Virus record (IMG/VR): IMGVR_UViG_3300001041_000002
Location: 1 to 64,000 of that record
Length of the DNA stretch: 64,000 bases
DNA from: a virus
Strand: one strand, 5' to 3'
Shown: positions 31,112-39,288 of the stretch, one piece after another
Layout of the letters: the number at the start of each line of letters is the position of its first letter
Numbering within the stretch: the stretch's first letter is position 1
Position numbers and translations under genes: made by a program
Notes under the pieces: generated by a model
The model's database searches: none
What the model was told of the DNA's origin: nothing
Seen by the model: the letters and a program-made list of their open reading frames with translations, nothing else

Positions 31112-31500
31112 TAGTCGATCTTAAGTATAAATTCAATCTTGAAAAACTTAGACTCTCTGTTAATATTAGGGATAAAAGCTTTCGATATTTTATCACCATC
31201 ACCAAAGAATCCTTTCTTTCTCAATGCACTTAACATGTTCTGAAATACAGCCATGTTCTTGACGTTTGCAGCCTGCATAATCCCCAATCTAACTTTAGTG
31301 GACTGTAGATATTCATCAATCATTTCCTCGTCTAGAATCTTCTCTTTGAGCTCAATACGCTTGTCTAGAAATCTAGCGGCCAAGATAATCTCTGACTCGG
31401 ATAAGCCATGCAACTCTTTAGTTATCCTCAGCCACTGTTCGCATACGTTATCCTTAGTGCATGGAACTTTAGCTCTATTAGTGTTACTGGGCTGTGTCAT
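31111..31500 (-). CDS. Putative winged-helix protein
   Basis: 'LSESEIIL...FQNMLSALRKKG'. Confidence 0.4.
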   Translation of the reverse strand: MTQPSNTNRAKVPCTKDNVCEQWLRITKELHGLSESEIILAARFLDKRIELKEKILDEEMIDEYLQSTKVRLGIMQAANVKNMAVFQNMLSALRKKGFFGDGDKISKAFIPNINRESKFFKIEFILKID

Positions 31501-31702
31501 CCCTGGTTTTGTTTAGAAATTTATCCCCATGAGCCATTATATAATACTCCTCCCATAAACTGATATGTCCTTTACTAATTCTAATTCCACCGCATTCATG
31601 GCAATATGGAGTTCCGTCCTCATCCTCTCTGATGTCAATTGAACAACAAGTTGCCTTACTACAAAACTCTACCGGTGTGTCATTATATTCTTCCTTAGTC
31701 AT
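31484..31702 (-). CDS. Small zinc-finger protein
   Basis: FC...CC...YCHEC. Confidence 0.55.
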   Translation of the reverse strand: MTKEEYNDTPVEFCSKATCCSIDIREDEDGTPYCHECGGIRISKGHISLWEEYYIMAHGDKFLNKTRDDTAQ

Positions 31703-31703
31703 A

Positions 31704-31904
31704 TTAATTTGTTGTTGTTTTTAAAACATCACGATCTCTAGTTATCTCAAAATCCCAGTGCCAACTCTCAGTTGTCGCCTGATTTAGATTGTAGCAAATG
31801 CTATTTAGCTTAATACTAAATCCAGTAACTATCCTTTCAAGCTGATCGCTGTCTGTCTTTAAATAGACAATATCCCCAAGTTCATATTTAGTATTTATTA
31901 CCAT
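31704..31904 (-). CDS. Small hypothetical protein
   Basis: 'TKYELGDIVYL', an SH3-like start common in phage proteins. Confidence 0.55.
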   Translation of the reverse strand: MVINTKYELGDIVYLKTDSDQLERIVTGFSIKLNSICYNLNQATTESWHWDFEITRDRDVLKTTTN

Positions 31905-32116
31905 TGCTTAGCCATTCTATTTCGTTGATCATTAGTACCTGCAATATAAGTAGTTATACCGTCAGTTCTAACTACCTCTCTGTCTTTACCGCATCCAGGA
32001 CATTCTGTATTATTATCCACAGCTTTACCATCTTTAATCACAATTCTAGCACTGGCCACGCTGTAAACCTCGTCAAACAGTTCACACTCTTTGTTAACAC
32101 ATCTATACTTTGGCAT
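31898..32116 (-). CDS. FmdB-like zinc-ribbon protein
   Basis: MPKYRC...C...CPGCG. Confidence 0.6.
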   Translation of the reverse strand: MPKYRCVNKECELFDEVYSVASARIVIKDGKAVDNNTECPGCGKDREVVRTDGITTYIAGTNDQRNRMAKQW

Positions 32117-32384
32117 ATCTTTTATTTAAATTATTTAGTTCTTTTTGATATTCTTTATCGAGATCTTTTTTGAAATATTTTTTGCTTAAATATTCAATGT
32201 CTTCGTCATCTAGAGTTATTAGATGTCCAAGTCTACCCATTAGTTCGTATTTATAACTATATGCCAAACTAAAAACAACCTCTGGAAAACCATATAAATG
32301 AACCTCGTAGGGCTCCAACTTGCTGTTATGTGCGGCAGCCTTTTTATTGTCATCAATTAAATTCTTAAATCTTATTACACTCAT
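32103..32384 (-). CDS. Hypothetical protein
   Basis: 93-aa ORF in operon orientation. Confidence 0.5.
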   Translation of the reverse strand: MSVIRFKNLIDDNKKAAAHNSKLEPYEVHLYGFPEVVFSLAYSYKYELMGRLGHLITLDDEDIEYLSKKYFKKDLDKEYQKELNNLNKRYAKV

Positions 32385-32570
32385 GTCTTATAATTTATTA
32401 ATATAATAATTAGTTTGTAACCTATCAAATGCCTCCCAAAAACTCTTTAGTGCGTTATCAAAATCACGCTGATCTCCTCGCCTATAACATATTCTAATAT
32501 TAGCATAGTGATTTCTAAAACAAATAGCATTATGAGTATCGGTATCAAATTCTATTCTGCACATAATATA

Positions 32571-32816
32571 TTAATTATTATAATCTTTTTCTGATAACAT
32601 ATTCATCAATGAAAATAATTGGTGTTCAGACAAACATATATCAACCATTAACTTTATTTGCTTCCATCTAAAATTTGCATGTGGAATAAACCATTTATCA
32701 CAAAACGAAATCCACTCCCTAATATCAGATGTTTGCATTCCTTTAAACCCTGGCTCCCCAGTCGAACTTCCAAAGCTCATCTTTATTTTATGTCCAAACT
32801 TTTCAACTTCATTCAT
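32571..32816 (-). CDS. Hypothetical protein
   Basis: 81-aa ORF in operon orientation. Confidence 0.45.
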   Translation of the reverse strand: MNEVEKFGHKIKMSFGSSTGEPGFKGMQTSDIREWISFCDKWFIPHANFRWKQIKLMVDICLSEHQLFSLMNMLSEKDYNN

Positions 32817-33115
32817 ACATGTTTGTTTAAAACTTTCATTTTATTAGCTAACACCCAAGACCCACCCTGAGATTCAGGTCTATTATATTTACTATAATCT
32901 TCAACCTCAACTTTATACCAAGCGCGTCCTCTGATACTTAAATGTGGAGCGACTGGTTCTTCTGTACAATGCCACCCCGGTCTGTAAGCAAATCCTTTGG
33001 TCATGTGAGCTTCTGCATCCATACATTCATTAAGCTTAATCCTTAGCTTTTTATTAATAAATAATGGAGCTATCGAACCATCCTTCATCTCTCTAAATAA
33101 TTTATATGCAATCAT
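32813..33115 (-). CDS. Conserved phage hypothetical protein
   Basis: 'GFAYRPGWH...RPESQGGSWVLA'. Confidence 0.6.
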   Translation of the reverse strand: MIAYKLFREMKDGSIAPLFINKKLRIKLNECMDAEAHMTKGFAYRPGWHCTEEPVAPHLSIRGRAWYKVEVEDYSKYNRPESQGGSWVLANKMKVLNKHV

Positions 33116-33293
33116 ATTACCCTAAATAAAAAGTATACCTAACTATTTTTTCGTTATAATCAACAACGACTCCATCTCCATTTGCAAGAGTAGCACTAGC
33201 GACCATTTTATTATCCTCCTCACTCCAATAATATGGAGAAATATTTATTATTCTCTTCATGTCCACCATAACTATCACATTTTAATTACAATA

Positions 33294-33301
33294 CAAATGT
33301 A
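33294..33301 (-). promoter_or_regulatory. Bacteroidota-type -7 promoter element
   Basis: TACATTTG with TTG about 20 nt upstream. Confidence 0.55.
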
Positions 33302-33346
33302 CAAACTATAATTTTACTGTGCAAGAAAAACATCAATTATTTTCAT

Positions 33347-33382
33347 AAAAAAAATCCAGCCAAGCACTGAGCTCAACTGGAT
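33347..33382 (-). terminator. Intrinsic terminator
   Basis: ATCCAGTTGAGC...GCTTGGCTGGAT followed by T7. Confidence 0.7.
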
Positions 33383-33405
33383 CGCTATCTAGATAACTGG
33401 GAGGT

Positions 33406-33633
33406 CTAACTTTCTAGGTTATGTGGCATGACTTCTAGAATCATCTGGAACTTAAACTCATCACTATTTGTAATTATTTCAAAGTTCCTATCATAACCCT
33501 CGTCGGCTGTGGACTTCCACTTATTAAGCATCTCATCCATCTCGGCCAACCCTTCAATGTAATCATTAATGTTCTCAAACTTAAACCAACTCTTTGTCGT
33601 AATACTCTCAGTAATTTTCTTTGCCTCAGTCAT
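33406..33633 (-). CDS. Hypothetical protein
   Basis: 75 aa, flanked by its own promoter and terminator. Confidence 0.6.
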   Translation of the reverse strand: MTEAKKITESITTKSWFKFENINDYIEGLAEMDEMLNKWKSTADEGYDRNFEIITNSDEFKFQMILEVMPHNLES

Positions 33634-33706
33634 ATTTAATTATTTAAAGTTTCTCAATCGTACGGTTACGTTGCTTTCGCAAGAGGCTTGACCGTACATA
33701 ACGATA

Positions 33707-33738
33707 CAAAGATACAAACTACTTTCTGTATATCCAAA
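33707..33738 (-). promoter_or_regulatory. Bacteroidota promoter (-33/-7)
   Basis: TTTG-N20-TATCTTTG. Confidence 0.75.
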
Positions 33739-33749
33739 TAAAATGGAGG

Positions 33750-34010
33750 TTATTTTTTAGATATATTTGAGAACGTATTTCCGTCGCTTGTCATAATATA
33801 ATACTGGGAGTTGTTATACAAAGGCATAATTTTCTCACCATCATTATACACCACTACGCCATAGATATTCTTTAAATCATCATCAGACCATAACTTAGTA
33901 GTCTCAATAAATTCATTACCATTCTTTTCTTTCAAAATGAGAATATAATACTCATCTAGCATAGTATTAACCTCTCCGAAACCACAATCTAATCTTCTTA
34001 AAATAAACAT
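33750..34010 (-). CDS. Hypothetical protein
   Basis: 86 aa ending 'YYIMTSDGNTFSNI'. Confidence 0.55.
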   Translation of the reverse strand: MFILRRLDCGFGEVNTMLDEYYILILKEKNGNEFIETTKLWSDDDLKNIYGVVVYNDGEKIMPLYNNSQYYIMTSDGNTFSNISKK

Positions 34011-34254
34011 TTGTGTATGTATTTATATATCGGCTACTCTATTAGGTTTTCGCCATCCCCTTGTTAAATTAGCACATTTTTTTCTTAGGCTTTGGAGTCG
34101 CCTTCGTTTGTTTCTTTGCCATAATCGTCTTTATTAGTATACATAAATTTTGCAAACTTTAACTCTTGATTTTTTTCAAACTGTTGGCCAGCCTCCCAAT
34201 CTTCTTTTGTAATCCAAACCTTATTCCCGCCAATATCCAATGTTAAATATTCCA

Positions 34255-34863
34255 TTATTTTATGTCTAATTCTTTAAGTAACCTAGTCTTTACAAAAGTA
34301 TCGACAGTCAAATCTTTATTGTCAAATCGAATAACTCTTTTTACATTATGTAGATGAACTAAATTTTCAGTCCTCAACCTATCGTAAATCTTTGCATTGT
34401 AAGAATAGTGTTGTTGTCCATCAATCTCTACAACCACATTATGCTCTGGCAAATAGAAGTCCACTAAATAAAATGAGAATCCAACAAAATATATTTTCTG
34501 ATACTCATACTTAATACCCATCTCAGTCAACAGCAACTTCATCTTTAATTCAGCAGGAGTGGCATTGTTAATATTTTCATTCTGCAGAAACATAGCGTTT
34601 CTAGCTTTATCACAAGCATTAACTCTAAACCTAGCCAGCTCATCATGTGGCTTACTCACAATATTAGCCAAAATAAAATCATAAGCTTCCTTACTAATCC
34701 CCATATTAAGCAGTCCTCGGACTCCATTAGCATTTAACTCTAAGCACGCATCTGGGCCTACTACATAGGGCTTTCTATTCTCTTTCTTTTCAGAGTCTTT
34801 GTAAACTCTAACCTTAACTTTCTTTCTACTCATCTCTCTATAATTTACTTTGTTGATACTCAT
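34255..34863 (-). CDS. DUF559 / Vsr-like PD-(D/E)xK endonuclease
   Basis: 'TPAE...YEYQ...VDFY...VVEIDGQQH...DRLRT...VIRFDN'. Confidence 0.85.
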   Translation of the reverse strand: MSINKVNYREMSRKKVKVRVYKDSEKKENRKPYVVGPDACLELNANGVRGLLNMGISKEAYDFILANIVSKPHDELARFRVNACDKARNAMFLQNENINNATPAELKMKLLLTEMGIKYEYQKIYFVGFSFYLVDFYLPEHNVVVEIDGQQHYSYNAKIYDRLRTENLVHLHNVKRVIRFDNKDLTVDTFVKTRLLKELDIK

Positions 34864-34892
34864 GACAACATCTCGTACGCAAGTTTCCTACC

Positions 34893-35163
34893 GTATCAAA
34901 GAATCGTTACCGAAACTCTATTTTAACATTATGATGCCATTGGCGTCAGCGTAGTGCGATCTTTTGAATTCCCTGCTAGCTACTGTCATCTCCTCTGCCT
35001 CTGATTCTGGGCCGTAGTCCTATTGCAATACCAAATGATTTTACACCATAATGCCAGTTTGTCTCTACCGGGGATAACTTACCTCTATTTAAGGATTACA
35101 ACCCAATGTCTTTTGCCCTACTAGAATTAACGGTCGAGCCTGAACGCGAGAGTCTTTTGATAC
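34893..35163 (-). ncRNA. Candidate ~270-nt structured RNA upstream of the DUF559 nuclease
   Basis: ORF-free and GC-enriched; closed by GUAUCAAAAGA / UCUUUGAUAC; lies between a promoter and the nuclease ATG. Confidence 0.5.
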
Positions 35164-35187
35164 ATCAATAACTCAAGGGAGACGACA

Positions 35188-35219
35188 CAAATATACAACA
35201 TTATTTTATAACCACCAAA
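35188..35219 (-). promoter_or_regulatory. Bacteroidota promoter (-33/-7)
   Basis: TTTG-N20-TATATTTG. Confidence 0.75.
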
Positions 35220-35293
35220 CATTTCACAAACTATTTAATCAATCGCTAAACGACTATAAACATAGTCAATCAACTAAAGATTTAGTTTAAATA

Positions 35294-35539
35294 CTATTTT
35301 TTAAACTTCTTGTCAGCAAAGTAATCTTTATAATCAAAAAAACCAACTAAACACAAAGCCCCATTCATAACCAAGTCAAACCATGTATGATTAACGACAG
35401 TCACTAAATTCAACAACACAGCCAGAACTATAGCCCGTCTGATATTCAACCTGTAACAAACCCACTTGTAAAAACCACTGCCCCGAAACTTTGCAAAAAC
35501 ACCGGAAACCCACAACTTAAACTTTGATAAAATAACCAT
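35294..35539 (-). CDS. Small membrane protein
   Basis: 81 aa with two hydrophobic segments. Confidence 0.5.
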   Translation of the reverse strand: MVILSKFKLWVSGVFAKFRGSGFYKWVCYRLNIRRAIVLAVLLNLVTVVNHTWFDLVMNGALCLVGFFDYKDYFADKKFKK

Positions 35540-35579
35540 AATACATGTATTTACCTATCATACGGGAATAACTATAATA

Positions 35580-36470
35580 AGGTTACATAAATTTTTTGCG
35601 GTGAAAATTTTTCAGAAAAAATATTTTTTTTTGCAAAACTAAAATTATTGAATATCAATGAGTTCACTAACCAACAAGCATAAATCGCGGTGGCTTCGAT
35701 TGAGATTGGGTTCTTCCCCGGGGTCTTTCTCTCTCTGTTTGGTTTGTGGATTCCGTTGGGCGATTTTTCACCTTTACTAACTCTTGGCGTTGATGTTGCA
35801 GTTTCTGCGATGTCATAGCTATATTGTTGCAGCCTCGTTGACTGTATATAGTATTAAAATCCACGCATAGAACCTAACTATCGTGATCTTGTTATAGCCG
35901 TGTCGCTACAGCGTGTTGGGCTTATAATAAACATACTGCGGGCAGAGCGAGACTGCCATCATTAATAACCTTTCAGGCTATATACAGAAGTAGACTATCT
36001 ACAACTGTATCATACAGCAAGCGTTCAGTCCGTAAACTCTGTTTAATCCAAGATCGTGTGGAGGTGCACGTGCGTGAAGCCCAGAGGAAAGTTCGGTCAC
36101 TTCGTAGTTGTATAGCTCAATCCATTATGGTCAACCACTACTAGGCTAGGCAGGATATCAGCCAGATAGATAGATTAGGTTGGCCGTAATGTGTTGATTA
36201 ATTTGCCTCGAGGATGCCGCAGTATTGTGGCGCTATATATGTAGTCCGTCAGCCACCAAGCTTTTGGACAGTTTCACCGCGCGACACACTAGTTCTTTAA
36301 TTAAGACGTAAGTGCTCGCCAGATATATGCAGTTAGTGTAGCGGTGTTTATTAGCTAAGTAATTGAGGCAGAGAGCGTGAGAGGAGAGAACTAACCTTCC
36401 ATCCCCCTTAATCGCTCATATCCTAAATCACAATATTTCCTTACATATTAACAATCGCTAATTAACAATC
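35580..36470. other. Non-coding strand-switch region; possible packaging/terminus or origin region
   Basis: Separates divergent gene blocks; clustered A/T tracts at 35588-35645, CCCCGGGG at 35716-35723, then GC-richer ORF-free DNA. Confidence 0.55.
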
Positions 36471-36483
36471 TAAATTATAAGCT

Positions 36484-36639
36484 ATGGCTAAGATTCTACA
36501 ATTCTACGTGTATGACCGGAAGAATGTCAAGCATGTATACAAGATTAAGGCTGGGAAATATTATTATGATGATAAAGAGATTTCGGCTGATGATTACAAT
36601 GTAGCTCTCGAATGGTTCAATGCCAATCGCAAGAAATAA
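36484..36639 (+). CDS. First plus-strand gene, 51-aa hypothetical
   Basis: MAKILQFYVYDRKNVKHVYKIKAGKYYYDDKEISADDYNVALEWFNANRKK* with an A-rich leader. Confidence 0.65.
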   Translation: MAKILQFYVYDRKNVKHVYKIKAGKYYYDDKEISADDYNVALEWFNANRKK

Positions 36640-36700
36640 AATACTGTCCTAAGCATGACGTTAAAAGGCTCACTAATACTAACAATCTAATCCAATTATC

Positions 36701-36955
36701 ATGATACATAAACTCAACATCAGCCTCAACATTCAAAATGGAGAAAGCAGAAGTAATAATGGAGAACACACTTCGCAAGAAGTAATAAACATACTACTTG
36801 ATTATATAATGGACATAAAAATATGCATGTCTATTGAGGATCAAGAAAACGATGAAAAACAGTTAGCAGTTGATCAAGCTAGAGAATACGCAACCGCCGA
36901 AGAACTTTATATTATTGATCATGGCCAACCTAATCAACCTATCATTAAGTGTTAG
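36701..36955 (+). CDS. Hypothetical protein
   Basis: 84-aa ORF with an A-rich leader. Confidence 0.55.
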   Translation: MIHKLNISLNIQNGESRSNNGEHTSQEVINILLDYIMDIKICMSIEDQENDEKQLAVDQAREYATAEELYIIDHGQPNQPIIKC

Positions 36956-37078
36956 CACGTTTAATTGTACTCATGTTAATAGATCTAATTATTCTAGTGC
37001 AAGGCATGAAAGGATTTTGGCTAGATATAATTGGATTCAACAGTTAATAGTATTTAATCAATTAAAAAGCTTTACACA

Positions 37079-37171
37079 ATGAAAACATTAAAATATGCTG
37101 CAGCAATTGTCATCGGGGCTATCATCGTTGCCGGAGGAGTTTTCTTCGCTGACTGGTTCATGCCCTTGTGA
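37079..37171 (+). CDS. 30-aa single-TM peptide
   Basis: MKTLKYAAAIVIGAIIVAGGVFFADWFMPL*. Confidence 0.55.
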   Translation: MKTLKYAAAIVIGAIIVAGGVFFADWFMPL

Positions 37172-37187
37172 TATTAAAGAGAGCCTC

Positions 37188-37254
37188 AAGGATCGGTACT
37201 ATTACACGCCAACCGAGGTAGTAAGATGTATTTAGTGGCAAACAAGCCGATCTT
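37188..37254 (+). ncRNA. Candidate small structured RNA with pseudoknot
   Basis: GATCGG/CCGATC closing stem, internal TACTA/TAGTA, loop GCCA complementary to downstream TGGC. Confidence 0.4.
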
Positions 37255-37284
37255 ATCAATTAAACTAATTTAACAATTATAAGT

Positions 37285-37437
37285 ATGAGAAAATTAACCT
37301 ATTTAATAACTGGATTAGTATTACTTGGATTTCAAATTGCACATTTAATTCAAGGTAATAATACAGATTCAACGGTTTGTATGGTTGGCGCAATGATGTG
37401 TTTTGCGGAATCAATATCAACAGATAAAGACGAGTAA
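37285..37437 (+). CDS. 50-aa membrane peptide
   Basis: MRKLTYLITGLVLLGFQIAHL... Confidence 0.5.
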   Translation: MRKLTYLITGLVLLGFQIAHLIQGNNTDSTVCMVGAMMCFAESISTDKDE

Positions 37438-37463
37438 ATCTTAATAATTAACAACTATAATCA

Positions 37464-37610
37464 ATGGCACGAAAATTCCACAGTGTTGTCAGACTGTCAA
37501 ACAGGACGGCAATAGAATTCGATGTATTCGCTTCGAGTAAAATTGAAGCAAACAAAAGTATTGTAAGCCATTTCAATAATGGCAAGATTCAATCCATTAA
37601 AACCTATTAA
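37464..37610 (+). CDS. 48-aa hypothetical protein
   Basis: MARKFHSVVRLSNRTAIEFDVFASSKIEA... Confidence 0.55.
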   Translation: MARKFHSVVRLSNRTAIEFDVFASSKIEANKSIVSHFNNGKIQSIKTY

Positions 37611-37612
37611 TC

Positions 37613-37765
37613 ATGACAAGTAAATTAAAATTATCCGTCATAATAGGGTTATTTCTCTCTGTATGTAGTATAATTTCAATTTACCATGAGTCTTATGTGG
37701 CAGCTTTCGTGCTGTTAATTATTCTTGTAGTATCAGTCGACACAATTTACAGAAGAATCAAATGA
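37613..37765 (+). CDS. 50-aa two-TM peptide
   Basis: MTSKLKLSVIIGLFLSVCSII...AAFVLLIILVV. Confidence 0.5.
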   Translation: MTSKLKLSVIIGLFLSVCSIISIYHESYVAAFVLLIILVVSVDTIYRRIK

Positions 37766-37935
37766 CCCTATTAATCATCGTTATCAGTTGGATTGCCTTG
37801 GGTTGTTTCAATGTGTTCAAGCTCTATCAATCAGAGAAATGTGCTGACATAATTGAAACACTCTTTGCAATGCTATTAGCGCCTTTTTACACTATTTTAG
37901 CGTTTATAATTATCTTCATCATTAAAAAGTGGTAG
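37762..37935 (+). CDS. 57-aa two-TM peptide
   Basis: MTLLIIVISWIALGCF...LFAMLLAPFYTILAFIIIFII; ATGA overlap with the previous ORF. Confidence 0.5.
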   Translation: MTLLIIVISWIALGCFNVFKLYQSEKCADIIETLFAMLLAPFYTILAFIIIFIIKKW

Positions 37936-37971
37936 TTTATAAGTATTAACAAAAGCAAATAAATAAACAAA

Positions 37972-38442
37972 ATGAAAGCAAAATTAAGTAATTATTATCG
38001 TAAGCCAGGTGGAACTATGGTTTTCGTGTACATCGTTATTGGTACAGACGTTGAATTGGCAAATTTCAAAGCCGCTAAAGAAAAAGAAGTTACCGGCAGT
38101 GGTAAATCAGCTTATGTTGAAAACGAGGCCCGACAACCACTATTCTTCAGTACTCGTCCATTAAGCACCAATCGTGCAGAGTTAATACCATTGACCATCA
38201 CTACCACTGGTAGGGTTGTTGCCGACGATTTAACCAAAGTGTTGACGCAAGAGGCCAAGCTTGATGATTATATCATGCAAGAAAAAGCCAAAATTATGGC
38301 TAAAGCCGCATTGTCCGGTGGGTTGAACAACTTAACCGATCTTACTTCAACTCGTCCGGTTGCCACAGAGCAAGAGGTTGAAGAGGTATTAAACGGCGCA
38401 ATTGACACTCCGGTTGAGGTTGCTGACAATGTGCCATCATAA
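37972..38442 (+). CDS. Hypothetical protein with acidic C-terminal tail
   Basis: 156-aa ORF with an A-rich leader. Confidence 0.65.
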   Translation: MKAKLSNYYRKPGGTMVFVYIVIGTDVELANFKAAKEKEVTGSGKSAYVENEARQPLFFSTRPLSTNRAELIPLTITTTGRVVADDLTKVLTQEAKLDDYIMQEKAKIMAKAALSGGLNNLTDLTSTRPVATEQEVEEVLNGAIDTPVEVADNVPS

Positions 38443-38450
38443 GAAGTAAA

Positions 38451-38503
38451 ATAATATGGGTGCCGCAAAGGATTAAATGGACAGCAAATCCAGCCCATAT
38501 TAT
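38451..38503 (+). ncRNA. Stem-closed element just upstream of tRNA-Ile
   Basis: ATAATATGGG/CCCATATTAT enclosing GGATT...AATCC. Confidence 0.45.
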
Positions 38504-38509
38504 GATCAT

Positions 38510-38583
38510 TGCCAATTAACTCAGTTGGTCAGAGTTCTAAGCTTATACCTTAGCGGTCACTGGTTCAAGTCCAGTATTGGCAA
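38510..38583 (+). tRNA. tRNA-Ile (anticodon UAU)
   Basis: Cloverleaf: TGCCAAT/ATTGGCA acceptor, ACTC/GAGT D-arm, CTAAG-CTTATAC-CTTAG anticodon arm, ACTGG-TTCAAGT-CCAGT T-arm; CCA not encoded. Confidence 0.9.
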
Positions 38584-38611
38584 CAAATAATAACATTTTA
38601 AAACAATAACT

Positions 38612-38695
38612 ATGAATACAGAATTAATTGCATTTTTAATAGGTGTTGTTATAGGCATATTTATAGCAATATTATGGATATCGGAAAAAAAATAA
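38612..38695 (+). CDS. 27-aa single-TM peptide
   Basis: MNTELIAFLIGVVIGIFIAILWISEKK*. Confidence 0.5.
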   Translation: MNTELIAFLIGVVIGIFIAILWISEKK

Positions 38696-38707
38696 CACTC
38701 CAGCGGC

Positions 38708-38965
38708 ATGAAAGACTATGAAAAGAAAATTAATGATTTTTCATTTAGCTATGCATCATCATTTAAAGAAAATAATGATCAAAGATTAGTTAGAGATGCA
38801 GTAAGGGCTGGGGCCAAGTCAGAAGCAGCTAAAGAATTTCATCAGCAAGGTATGCATACTGAAGAAAATATGTATTTGAATATGCAATACTACATGGAAT
38901 ATTGTGAAAGAAATGGATATACAACTCCAATGGATTGGATTAAAAATCATAAACATTTTAAATGA
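38708..38965 (+). CDS. Hypothetical protein
   Basis: 85-aa ORF. Confidence 0.55.
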   Translation: MKDYEKKINDFSFSYASSFKENNDQRLVRDAVRAGAKSEAAKEFHQQGMHTEENMYLNMQYYMEYCERNGYTTPMDWIKNHKHFK

Positions 38966-39087
38966 AAAAACTCTTCACCATAATAATTATGACATTGATA
39001 TTATCATCATGTGCTAGTTTTAATAAAGCGGCTAAATACCCTAAAGGCACACAAGAAAACACGGATTGGAGGATTAATAAGTTATGA
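38962..39087 (+). CDS. 41-aa putative lipoprotein
   Basis: MKKLFTIIIMTLILSS|C lipobox. Confidence 0.55.
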   Translation: MKKLFTIIIMTLILSSCASFNKAAKYPKGTQENTDWRINKL

Positions 39088-39288
39088 GTAAATTCAATCC
39101 ATATTGCGGAGAAGAATATGAATATCACTCAATATCAGATGATGAATGGTGAAGTTCGTATTTAGAATGGTGTGATGAAAATCTTAATGATGATTAACCA
39201 TGAAATCATATACTTGCGCTATATGTAAATGTACATATACGGGGATAGTTTGTCCTAATTGCGGATCAATAGTAACATCAGAATAATT

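Noticed and set aside
35667-35864. 65-aa minus-strand ORF in the strand-switch region
   Set aside because: Atypical composition, no A-rich leader, and it overlaps the putative terminus signals.
36084-36100. GAGGAAAGTTCGG resembles the RNase P RNA 5' conserved motif
   Set aside because: I could not find the complementary P4 3' strand (AxxCGGCTTA-like) nearby; a single motif is not enough.
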